A stretch of 64,000 bases of DNA from Utricularia gibba. Lineage: Eukaryota; Plantae; Magnoliophyta. Positions within the stretch are counted from its first letter, which is position 1. Each line of letters opens with the position of its first letter. Positions 9,701-22,930 of the stretch are shown here, piece after piece. Both the position numbers and the translations under genes were made by a program. The stretch spans positions 1-64,000 of the forward strand of contig NEEC01000034.1 in NCBI GenBank assembly GCA_002189035.1, given 5' to 3'. The notes beneath the pieces were generated by a model. It was not told where the DNA came from. It did not search any database and was given only the letters and a program-made list of their open reading frames with translations.

Positions 9701-12700
9701 GTCCACGAAGCACCTCTTCGAAACATGTAGAGCCTTACTCTTCATAGCACACCATTGGGAAGCTTTATTCGTGCTCCAAGTAATATCATATGGAGTTACG
9801 TTTTCCGATAACTGTGGACATATTAAAAACAACCTCAACGAAAAGTGTCTTCCGTGTCCTTCCTTGGTGGCTGCGTCTAAGAATGTGCTTCTCGTTCTCG
9901 ACATTGATGCAAATGGGATACACGGCAAAAGAATCAAATAGCCACTAGAGACATGGTGTATGGGAATGGTGCATCAAGAATCAGAAGTATCATAGCAACT
10001 AATTGAATCAATCAACAGCCAAAACATATGGTGTCAAACTTCATCGGATATGCGATCAAGATGGAAAAAAGTCACATGTTACATCATGAATTTCGTGGCA
10101 TCACTTATCCCAACACTGTTGTATACTCAGGATATGCGTAAATATTTATTTTTAACAAATCCGGTGCACGTGTGATTTTTCGGCTGCATCCCGAATGGTG
10201 ATGCGCAATGAAATGACTATGTCGCACATCCTGGTCCACGAAGCACCTCTTCGAAAACATGTAGAGCCTTACTCTTCATAGCACACCATTGGGAAGCTTT
10301 ATTCGTGCTCCAAGTAATATCATATGGAGTTACGTTTTTCCGATAACTGTGGACATATTAAAAACAACCTCAACGAAAAGTGTCTTCCGTGTCCTTCCTT
10401 GGTGGCTGCGTCTAAGAATGTGCTTCTCGTTCTCGACATTGATGCAAATGGGATACACGGCAAAAGAATCAAATAGCCACTAGAGACATGGTGTATGGGA
10501 ATGGTGCATCAAGAATCAGAAGTATCATAGCAACTAATTGAATCAATCAACAGCCAAAACATATGGTGTCAAACTTCATCGGATATGCGATCAAGATGGA
10601 AAAAAGTCACATGTTACATCATGAATTTCGTGGCATCACTTATCCCAACACTGTTGTATACTCAGGATATGCGTAAATATTTATTTTTAACAAATCCGGT
10701 GCACGTGTGATTTTTCGGCTGCATCCCGAATGGTGATGCGCAATGAAATGACTATGTCGCACATCCTGGTCCACGAAGCACCTCTTCGAAAACATGTAGA
10801 GCCTTACTCTTCATAGCACACCATTGGGAAGCTTTATTCGTGCTCCAAGTAATATCATATGGAGTTACGTTTTTCCGATAACTGTGGACATATTAAAAAC
10901 AACCTCAACGAAAAGTGTCTTCCGTGTCCTTCCTTGGTGGCTGCGTCTAAGAATGTGCTTCTCGTTCTCGACATTGATGCAAATGGGATACACGGCAAAA
11001 GAATCAAATAGCCACTAGAGACATGGTGTATGGGAATGGTGCATCAAGAATCAGAAGTATCATAGCAACTAATTGAATCAATCAACAGCCAAAACATATG
11101 GTGTCAAACTTCATCGGATATGCGATCAAGATGGAAAAAAGTCACATGTTACATCATGAATTTCGTGGCATCACTTATCCCAACACTGTTGTATACTCAG
11201 GATATGCGTAAATATTTATTTTTAACAAATCCGGTGCACGTGTGATTTTTCGGCTGCATCCCGAATGGTGATGCGCAATGAAATGACTATGTCGCACATC
11301 CTGGTCCACGAAGCACCTCTTCGAAAACATGTAGAGCCTTACTCTTCATAGCACACCATTGGGAAGCTTTATTCGTGCTCCAAGTAATATCATATGGAGT
11401 TACGTTTTTCCGATAACTGTGGACATATTAAAAACAACCTCAACGAAAAGTGTCTTCCGTGTCCTTCCTTGGTGGCTGCGTCTAAGAATGTGCTTCTCGT
11501 TCTCGACATTGATGCAAATGGGATACACGGCAAAAGAATCAAATAGCCACTAGAGACATGGTGTATGGGAATGGTGCATCAAGAATCAGAAGTATCATAG
11601 CAACTAATTGAATCAATCAACAGCCAAAACATATGGTGTCAAACTTCATCGGATATGCGATCAAGATGGAAAAAAGTCACATGTTACATCATGAATTTCG
11701 TGGCATCACTTATCCCAACACTGTTGTATACTCAGGATATGCGTAAATATTTATTTTTAACAAATCCGGTGCACGTGTGATTTTTCGGCTGCATCCCGAA
11801 TGGTGATGCGCAATGAAATGACTATGTCGCACATCCTGGTCCACGAAGCACCTCTTCGAAACATGTAGAGCCTTACTCTTCATAGCACACCATTGGGAAG
11901 CTTTATTCGTGCTCCAAGTAATATCATATGGAGTTACGTTTTTCCGATAACTGTGGACATATTAAAAACAACCTCAACGAAAAGTGTCTTCCGTGTCCTT
12001 CCTTGGTGGCTGCGTCTAAGAATGTGCTTCTCGTTCTCGACATTGATGCAAATGGGATACACGGCAAAAGAATCAAATAGCCACTAGAGACATGGTGTAT
12101 GGGAATGGTGCATCAAGAATCAGAAGTATCATAGCAACTAATTGAATCAATCAACAGCCAAAACATATGGTGTCAAACTTCATCGGATATGCGATCAAGA
12201 TGGAAAAAAGTCACATGTTACATCATGAATTTCGTGGCATCACTTATCCCAACACTGTTGTATACTCAGGATATGCGTAAATATTTATTTTTAACAAATC
12301 CGGTGCACGTGTGATTTTTCGGCTGCATCCCGAATGGTGATGCGCAATGAAATGACTATGTCGCACATCCTGGTCCACGAAGCACCTCTTCGAAACATGT
12401 AGAGCCTTACTCTTCATAGCACACCATTGGGAAGCTTTATTCGTGCTCCAAGTAATATCATATGGAGTTACGTTTTTCCGATAACTGTGGACATATTAAA
12501 AACAACCTCAACGAAAAGTGTCTTCCGTGTCCTTCCTTGGTGGCTGCGTCTAAGAATGTGCTTCTCGTTCTCGACATTGATGCAAATGGGATACACGGCA
12601 AAAGAATCAAATAGCCACTAGAGACATGGTGTATGGGAATGGTGCATCAAGAATCAGAAGTATCATAGCAACTAATTGAATCAATCAACAGCCAAAACAT

Positions 12701-15700
12701 ATGGTGTCAAACTTCATCGGATATGCGATCAAGATGGAAAAAAGTCACATGTTACATCATGAATTTCGTGGCATCACTTATCCCAACACTGTTGTATACT
12801 CAGGATATGCGTAAATATTTATTTTTAACAAATCCGGTGCACGTGTGATTTTTCGGCTGCATCCCGAATGGTGATGCGCAATGAAATGACTATGTCGCAC
12901 ATCCTGGTCCACGAAGCACCTCTTCGAAAACATGTAGAGCCTTACTCTTCATAGCACACCATTGGGAAGCTTTATTCGTGCTCCAAGTAATATCATATGG
13001 AGTTACGTTTTTCCGATAACTGTGGACATATTAAAAACAACCTCAACGAAAAGTGTCTTCCGTGTCCTTCCTTGGTGGCTGCGTCTAAGAATGTGCTTCT
13101 CGTTCTCGACATTGATGCAAATGGGATACACGGCAAAAGAATCAAATAGCCACTAGAGACATGGTGTATGGGAATGGTGCATCAAGAATCAGAAGTATCA
13201 TAGCAACTAATTGAATCAATCAACAGCCAAAACATATGGTGTCAAACTTCATCGGATATGCGATCAAGATGGAAAAAAGTCACATGTTACATCATGAATT
13301 TCGTGGCATCACTTATCCCAACACTGTTGTATACTCAGGATATGCGTAAATATTTATTTTTAACAAATCCGGTGCACGTGTGATTTTTCGGCTGCATCCC
13401 GAATGGTGATGCGCAATGAAATGACTATGTCGCACATCCTGGTCCACGAAGCACCTCTTCGAAAACATGTAGAGCCTTACTCTTCATAGCACACCATTGG
13501 GAAGCTTTATTCGTGCTCCAAGTAATATCATATGGAGTTACGTTTTTCCGATAACTGTGGACATATTAAAAACAACCTCAACGAAAAGTGTCTTCCGTGT
13601 CCTTCCTTGGTGGCTGCGTCTAAGAATGTGCTTCTCGTTCTCGACATTGATGCAAATGGGATACACGGCAAAAGAATCAAATAGCCACTAGAGACATGGT
13701 GTATGGGAATGGTGCATCAAGAATCAGAAGTATCATAGCAACTAATTGAATCAATCAACAGCCAAAACATATGGTGTCAAACTTCATCGGATATGCGATC
13801 AAGATGGAAAAAAGTCACATGTTACATCATGAATTTCGTGGCATCACTTATCCCAACACTGTTGTATACTCAGGATATGCGTAAATATTTATTTTTAACA
13901 AATCCGGTGCACGTGTGATTTTTCGGCTGCATCCCGAATGGTGATGCGCAATGAAATGACTATGTCGCACATCCTGGTCCACGAAGCACCTCTTCGAAAA
14001 CATGTAGAGCCTTACTCTTCATAGCACACCATTGGGAAGCTTTATTCGTGCTCCAAGTAATATCATATGGAGTTACGTTTTTCCGATAACTGTGGACATA
14101 TTAAAAACAACCTCAACGAAAAGTGTCTTCCGTGTCCTTCCTTGGTGGCTGCGTCTAAGAATGTGCTTCTCGTTCTCGACATTGATGCAAATGGGATACA
14201 CGGCAAAAGAATCAAATAGCCACTAGAGACATGGTGTATGGGAATGGTGCATCAAGAATCAGAAGTATCATAGCAACTAATTGAATCAATCAACAGCCAA
14301 AACATATGGTGTCAAACTTCATCGGATATGCGATCAAGATGGAAAAAAGTCACATGTTACATCATGAATTTCGTGGCATCACTTATCCCAACACTGTTGT
14401 ATACTCAGGATATGCGTAAATATTTATTTTTAACAAATCCGGTGCACGTGTGATTTTTCGGCTGCATCCCGAATGGTGATGCGCAATGAAATGACTATGT
14501 CGCACATCCTGGTCCACGAAGCACCTCTTCGAAAACATGTAGAGCCTTACTCTTCATAGCACACCATTGGGAAGCTTTATTCGTGCTCCAAGTAATATCA
14601 TATGGAGTTACGTTTTTCCGATAACTGTGGACATATTAAAAACAACCTCAACGAAAAGTGTCTTCCGTGTCCTTCCTTGGTGGCTGCGTCTAAGAATGTG
14701 CTTCTCGTTCTCGACATTGATGCAAATGGGATACACGGCAAAAGAATCAAATAGCCACTAGAGACATGGTGTATGGGAATGGTGCATCAAGAATCAGAAG
14801 TATCATAGCAACTAATTGAATCAATCAACAGCCAAAACATATGGTGTCAAACTTCATCGGATATGCGATCAAGATGGAAAAAAGTCACATGTTACATCAT
14901 GAATTTCGTGGCATCACTTATCCCAACACTGTTGTATACTCAGGATATGCGTAAATATTTATTTTTAACAAATCCGGTGCACGTGTGATTTTTCGGCTGC
15001 ATCCCGAATGGTGATGCGCAATGAAATGACTATGTCGCACATCCTGGTCCACGAAGCACCTCTTCGAAACATGTAGAGCCTTACTCTTCATAGCACACCA
15101 TTGGGAAGCTTTATTCGTGCTCCAAGTAATATCATATGGAGTTACGTTTTTCCGATAACTGTGGACATATTAAAAACAACCTCAACGAAAAGTGTCTTCC
15201 GTGTCCTTCCTTGGTGGCTGCGTCTAAGAATGTGCTTCTCGTTCTCGACATTGATGCAAATGGGATACACGGCAAAAGAATCAAATAGCCACTAGAGACA
15301 TGGTGTATGGGAATGGTGCATCAAGAATCAGAAGTATCATAGCAACTAATTGAATCAATCAACAGCCAAAACATATGGTGTCAAACTTCATCGGATATGC
15401 GATCAAGATGGAAAAAAGTCACATGTTACATCATGAATTTCGTGGCATCACTTATCCCAACACTGTTGTATACTCAGGATATGCGTAAATATTTATTTTT
15501 AACAAATCCGGTGCACGTGTGATTTTTCGGCTGCATCCCGAATGGTGATGCGCAATGAAATGACTATGTCGCACATCCTGGTCCACGAAGCACCTCTTCG
15601 AAAACATGTAGAGCCTTACTCTTCATAGCACACCATTGGGAAGCTTTATTCGTGCTCCAAGTAATATCATATGGAGTTACGTTTTTCCGATAACTGTGGA

Positions 15701-18700
15701 CATATTAAAAACAACCTCAACGAAAAGTGTCTTCCGTGTCCTTCCTTGGTGGCTGCGTCTAAGAATGTGCTTCTCGTTCTCGACATTGATGCAAATGGGA
15801 TACACGGCAAAAGAATCAAATAGCCACTAGAGACATGGTGTATGGGAATGGTGCATCAAGAATCAGAAGTATCATAGCAACTAATTGAATCAATCAACAG
15901 CCAAAACATATGGTGTCAAACTTCATCGGATATGCGATCAAGATGGAAAAAAGTCACATGTTACATCATGAATTTCGTGGCATCACTTATCCCAACACTG
16001 TTGTATACTCAGGATATGCGTAAATATTTATTTTTAACAAATCCGGTGCACGTGTGATTTTTCGGCTGCATCCCGAATGGTGATGCGCAATGAAATGACT
16101 ATGTCGCACATCCTGGTCCACGAAGCACCTCTTCGAAACATGTAGAGCCTTACTCTTCATAGCACACCATTGGGAAGCTTTATTCGTGCTCCAAGTAATA
16201 TCATATGGAGTTACGTTTTTCCGATAACTGTGGACATATTAAAAACAACCTCAACGAAAAGTGTCTTCCGTGTCCTTCCTTGGTGGCTGCGTCTAAGAAT
16301 GTGCTTCTCGTTCTCGACATTGATGCAAATGGGATACACGGCAAAAGAATCAAATAGCCACTAGAGACATGGTGTATGGGAATGGTGCATCAAGAATCAG
16401 AAGTATCATAGCAACTAATTGAATCAATCAACAGCCAAAACATATGGTGTCAAACTTCATCGGATATGCGATCAAGATGGAAAAAAGTCACATGTTACAT
16501 CATGAATTTCGTGGCATCACTTATCCCAACACTGTTGTATACTCAGGATATGCGTAAATATTTATTTTTAACAAATCCGGTGCACGTGTGATTTTTCGGC
16601 TGCATCCCGAATGGTGATGCGCAATGAAATGACTATGTCGCACATCCTGGTCCACGAAGCACCTCTTCGAAAACATGTAGAGCCTTACTCTTCATAGCAC
16701 ACCATTGGGAAGCTTTATTCGTGCTCCAAGTAATATCATATGGAGTTACGTTTTTCCGATAACTGTGGACATATTAAAAACAACCTCAACGAAAAGTGTC
16801 TTCCGTGTCCTTCCTTGGTGGCTGCGTCTAAGAATGTGCTTCTCGTTCTCGACATTGATGCAAATGGGATACACGGCAAAAGAATCAAATAGCCACTAGA
16901 GACATGGTGTATGGGAATGGTGCATCAAGAATCAGAAGTATCATAGCAACTAATTGAATCAATCAACAGCCAAAACATATGGTGTCAAACTTCATCGGAT
17001 ATGCGATCAAGATGGAAAAAAGTCACATGTTACATCATGAATTTCGTGGCATCACTTATCCCAACACTGTTGTATACTCAGGATATGCGTAAATATTTAT
17101 TTTTAACAAATCCGGTGCACGTGTGATTTTTCGGCTGCATCCCGAATGGTGATGCGCAATGAAATGACTATGTCGCACATCCTGGTCCACGAAGCACCTC
17201 TTCGAAACATGTAGAGCCTTACTCTTCATAGCACACCATTGGGAAGCTTTATTCGTGCTCCAAGTAATATCATATGGAGTTACGTTTTCCGATAACTGTG
17301 GACATATTAAAAACAACCTCAACGAAAAGTGTCTTCCGTGTCCTTCCTTGGTGGCTGCGTCTAAGAATGTGCTTCTCGTTCTCGACATTGATGCAAATGG
17401 GATACACGGCAAAAGAATCAAATAGCCACTAGAGACATGGTGTATGGGAATGGTGCATCAAGAATCAGAAGTATCATAGCAACTAATTGAATCAATCAAC
17501 AGCCAAAACATATGGTGTCAAACTTCATCGGATATGCGATCAAGATGGAAAAAAGTCACATGTTACATCATGAATTTCGTGGCATCACTTATCCCAACAC
17601 TGTTGTATACTCAGGATATGCGTAAATATTTATTTTTAACAAATCCGGTGCACGTGTGATTTTTCGGCTGCATCCCGAATGGTGATGCGCAATGAAATGA
17701 CTATGTCGCACATCCTGGTCCACGAAGCACCTCTTCGAAAACATGTAGAGCCTTACTCTTCATAGCACACCATTGGGAAGCTTTATTCGTGCTCCAAGTA
17801 ATATCATATGGAGTTACGTTTTTCCGATAACTGTGGACATATTAAAAACAACCTCAACGAAAAGTGTCTTCCGTGTCCTTCCTTGGTGGCTGCGTCTAAG
17901 AATGTGCTTCTCGTTCTCGACATTGATGCAAATGGGATACACGGCAAAAGAATCAAATAGCCACTAGAGACATGGTGTATGGGAATGGTGCATCAAGAAT
18001 CAGAAGTATCATAGCAACTAATTGAATCAATCAACAGCCAAAACATATGGTGTCAAACTTCATCGGATATGCGATCAAGATGGAAAAAAGTCACATGTTA
18101 CATCATGAATTTCGTGGCATCACTTATCCCAACACTGTTGTATACTCAGGATATGCGTAAATATTTATTTTTAACAAATCCGGTGCACGTGTGATTTTTC
18201 GGCTGCATCCCGAATGGTGATGCGCAATGAAATGACTATGTCGCACATCCTGGTCCACGAAGCACCTCTTCGAAACATGTAGAGCCTTACTCTTCATAGC
18301 ACACCATTGGGAAGCTTTATTCGTGCTCCAAGTAATATCATATGGAGTTACGTTTTTCCGATAACTGTGGACATATTAAAAACAACCTCAACGAAAAGTG
18401 TCTTCCGTGTCCTTCCTTGGTGGCTGCGTCTAAGAATGTGCTTCTCGTTCTCGACATTGATGCAAATGGGATACACGGCAAAAGAATCAAATAGCCACTA
18501 GAGACATGGTGTATGGGAATGGTGCATCAAGAATCAGAAGTATCATAGCAACTAATTGAATCAATCAACAGCCAAAACATATGGTGTCAAACTTCATCGG
18601 ATATGCGATCAAGATGGAAAAAAGTCACATGTTACATCATGAATTTCGTGGCATCACTTATCCCAACACTGTTGTATACTCAGGATATGCGTAAATATTT

Positions 18701-21700
18701 ATTTTTAACAAATCCGGTGCACGTGTGATTTTTCGGCTGCATCCCGAATGGTGATGCGCAATGAAATGACTATGTCGCACATCCTGGTCCACGAAGCACC
18801 TCTTCGAAAACATGTAGAGCCTTACTCTTCATAGCACACCATTGGGAAGCTTTATTCGTGCTCCAAGTAATATCATATGGAGTTACGTTTTTCCGATAAC
18901 TGTGGACATATTAAAAACAACCTCAACGAAAAGTGTCTTCCGTGTCCTTCCTTGGTGGCTGCGTCTAAGAATGTGCTTCTCGTTCTCGACATTGATGCAA
19001 ATGGGATACACGGCAAAAGAATCAAATAGCCACTAGAGACATGGTGTATGGGAATGGTGCATCAAGAATCAGAAGTATCATAGCAACTAATTGAATCAAT
19101 CAACAGCCAAAACATATGGTGTCAAACTTCATCGGATATGCGATCAAGATGGAAAAAAGTCACATGTTACATCATGAATTTCGTGGCATCACTTATCCCA
19201 ACACTGTTGTATACTCAGGATATGCGTAAATATTTATTTTTAACAAATCCGGTGCACGTGTGATTTTTCGGCTGCATCCCGAATGGTGATGCGCAATGAA
19301 ATGACTATGTCGCACATCCTGGTCCACGAAGCACCTCTTCGAAAACATGTAGAGCCTTACTCTTCATAGCACACCATTGGGAAGCTTTATTCGTGCTCCA
19401 AGTAATATCATATGGAGTTACGTTTTTCCGATAACTGTGGACATATTAAAAACAACCTCAACGAAAAGTGTCTTCCGTGTCCTTCCTTGGTGGCTGCGTC
19501 TAAGAATGTGCTTCTCGTTCTCGACATTGATGCAAATGGGATACACGGCAAAAGAATCAAATAGCCACTAGAGACATGGTGTATGGGAATGGTGCATCAA
19601 GAATCAGAAGTATCATAGCAACTAATTGAATCAATCAACAGCCAAAACATATGGTGTCAAACTTCATCGGATATGCGATCAAGATGGAAAAAAGTCACAT
19701 GTTACATCATGAATTTCGTGGCATCACTTATCCCAACACTGTTGTATACTCAGGATATGCGTAAATATTTATTTTTAACAAATCCGGTGCACGTGTGATT
19801 TTTCGGCTGCATCCCGAATGGTGATGCGCAATGAAATGACTATGTCGCACATCCTGGTCCACGAAGCACCTCTTCGAAACATGTAGAGCCTTACTCTTCA
19901 TAGCACACCATTGGGAAGCTTTATTCGTGCTCCAAGTAATATCATATGGAGTTACGTTTTTCCGATAACTGTGGACATATTAAAAACAACCTCAACGAAA
20001 AGTGTCTTCCGTGTCCTTCCTTGGTGGCTGCGTCTAAGAATGTGCTTCTCGTTCTCGACATTGATGCAAATGGGATACACGGCAAAAGAATCAAATAGCC
20101 ACTAGAGACATGGTGTATGGGAATGGTGCATCAAGAATCAGAAGTATCATAGCAACTAATTGAATCAATCAACAGCCAAAACATATGGTGTCAAACTTCA
20201 TCGGATATGCGATCAAGATGGAAAAAAGTCACATGTTACATCATGAATTTCGTGGCATCACTTATCCCAACACTGTTGTATACTCAGGATATGCGTAAAT
20301 ATTTATTTTTAACAAATCCGGTGCACGTGTGATTTTTCGGCTGCATCCCGAATGGTGATGCGCAATGAAATGACTATGTCGCACATCCTGGTCCACGAAG
20401 CACCTCTTCGAAAACATGTAGAGCCTTACTCTTCATAGCACACCATTGGGAAGCTTTATTCGTGCTCCAAGTAATATCATATGGAGTTACGTTTTTCCGA
20501 TAACTGTGGACATATTAAAAACAACCTCAACGAAAAGTGTCTTCCGTGTCCTTCCTTGGTGGCTGCGTCTAAGAATGTGCTTCTCGTTCTCGACATTGAT
20601 GCAAATGGGATACACGGCAAAAGAATCAAATAGCCACTAGAGACATGGTGTATGGGAATGGTGCATCAAGAATCAGAAGTATCATAGCAACTAATTGAAT
20701 CAATCAACAGCCAAAACATATGGTGTCAAACTTCATCGGATATGCGATCAAGATGGAAAAAAGTCACATGTTACATCATGAATTTCGTGGCATCACTTAT
20801 CCCAACACTGTTGTATACTCAGGATATGCGTAAATATTTATTTTTAACAAATCCGGTGCACGTGTGATTTTTCGGCTGCATCCCGAATGGTGATGCGCAA
20901 TGAAATGACTATGTCGCACATCCTGGTCCACGAAGCACCTCTTCGAAACATGTAGAGCCTTACTCTTCATAGCACACCATTGGGAAGCTTTATTCGTGCT
21001 CCAAGTAATATCATATGGAGTTACGTTTTTCCGATAACTGTGGACATATTAAAAACAACCTCAACGAAAAGTGTCTTCCGTGTCCTTCCTTGGTGGCTGC
21101 GTCTAAGAATGTGCTTCTCGTTCTCGACATTGATGCAAATGGGATACACGGCAAAAGAATCAAATAGCCACTAGAGACATGGTGTATGGGAATGGTGCAT
21201 CAAGAATCAGAAGTATCATAGCAACTAATTGAATCAATCAACAGCCAAAACATATGGTGTCAAACTTCATCGGATATGCGATCAAGATGGAAAAAAGTCA
21301 CATGTTACATCATGAATTTCGTGGCATCACTTATCCCAACACTGTTGTATACTCAGGATATGCGTAAATATTTATTTTTAACAAATCCGGTGCACGTGTG
21401 ATTTTTCGGCTGCATCCCGAATGGTGATGCGCAATGAAATGACTATGTCGCACATCCTGGTCCACGAAGCACCTCTTCGAAAACATGTAGAGCCTTACTC
21501 TTCATAGCACACCATTGGGAAGCTTTATTCGTGCTCCAAGTAATATCATATGGAGTTACGTTTTTCCGATAACTGTGGACATATTAAAAACAACCTCAAC
21601 GAAAAGTGTCTTCCGTGTCCTTCCTTGGTGGCTGCGTCTAAGAATGTGCTTCTCGTTCTCGACATTGATGCAAATGGGATACACGGCAAAAGAATCAAAT

Positions 21701-22744
21701 AGCCACTAGAGACATGGTGTATGGGAATGGTGCATCAAGAATCAGAAGTATCATAGCAACTAATTGAATCAATCAACAGCCAAAACATATGGTGTCAAAC
21801 TTCATCGGATATGCGATCAAGATGGAAAAAAGTCACATGTTACATCATGAATTTCGTGGCATCACTTATCCCAACACTGTTGTATACTCAGGATATGCGT
21901 AAATATTTATTTTTAACAAATCCGGTGCACGTGTGATTTTTCGGCTGCATCCCGAATGGTGATGCGCAATGAAATGACTATGTCGCACATCCTGGTCCAC
22001 GAAGCACCTCTTCGAAACATGTAGAGCCTTACTCTTCATAGCACACCATTGGGAAGCTTTATTCGTGCTCCAAGTAATATCATATGGAGTTACGTTTTTC
22101 CGATAACTGTGGACATATTAAAAACAACCTCAACGAAAAGTGTCTTCCGTGTCCTTCCTTGGTGGCTGCGTCTAAGAATGTGCTTCTCGTTCTCGACATT
22201 GATGCAAATGGGATCACACTAGAGACAATGGGAATGGTGCATCAAGAATCAGAAGTATCATAGCAACTAATTGAATCAATCAACAGCCAAAACACATGGT
22301 GTCCCATGGGCATCACTGCTCAGCGTAAATCAAATACGTGTGAAAATTGTGTCAATGACCGTGGGTGTCAAACTTCATCGGATATGCGATCAAGATGGAA
22401 AAAAGTCACATGTTACATCATGAATTTCGTGGCATCACTTATCCCAACACTGTTGTATACTCAGGATATGCGTAAATATTTATTTTTAACAAATCCGGTG
22501 CACGTGTGATTTTTCGGCTGCATCCCGAATGGTGATGCGCAATGAAATGACTATGTCGCACATCCTGGTCCACGAAGCACCTCTTCGAAAACATGTAGAG
22601 CCTTACTCTTCATAGCACACCATTGGGAAGCTTTATTCGTGCTCCAAGTAATATCATATGGAGTTACGTTTTCCGATAACTGTGGACATATTAAAAACAA
22701 CCTCAACGAAAAGTGTCTTCCGTGTCCTTCCTTGGTGGCTGCGT

Positions 22745-22930
22745 CTTCTCGTTCTCGACATTGATGCAAATGGGATACACGGCAAAAGAATCAAATAGCC
22801 ACTAGAGACATGGTGTATGGGAATGGTGCATCAAGAATCAGAAGTATCATAGCAACTAATTGAATCAATCAACAGCCAAAACATATGGTGTCAAACTTCA
22901 TCGGATATGCGATCAAGCGTGAAAAAAGCA
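22745..22930 (+). repeat. Truncated 186-bp partial monomer inside the array
   Basis: CTTCTCGTTCTCGAC restarts at 22931, only 186 bp after 22745, via a garbled junction (TCAAGCGTGAAAAAAGCA). Confidence 0.8.
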
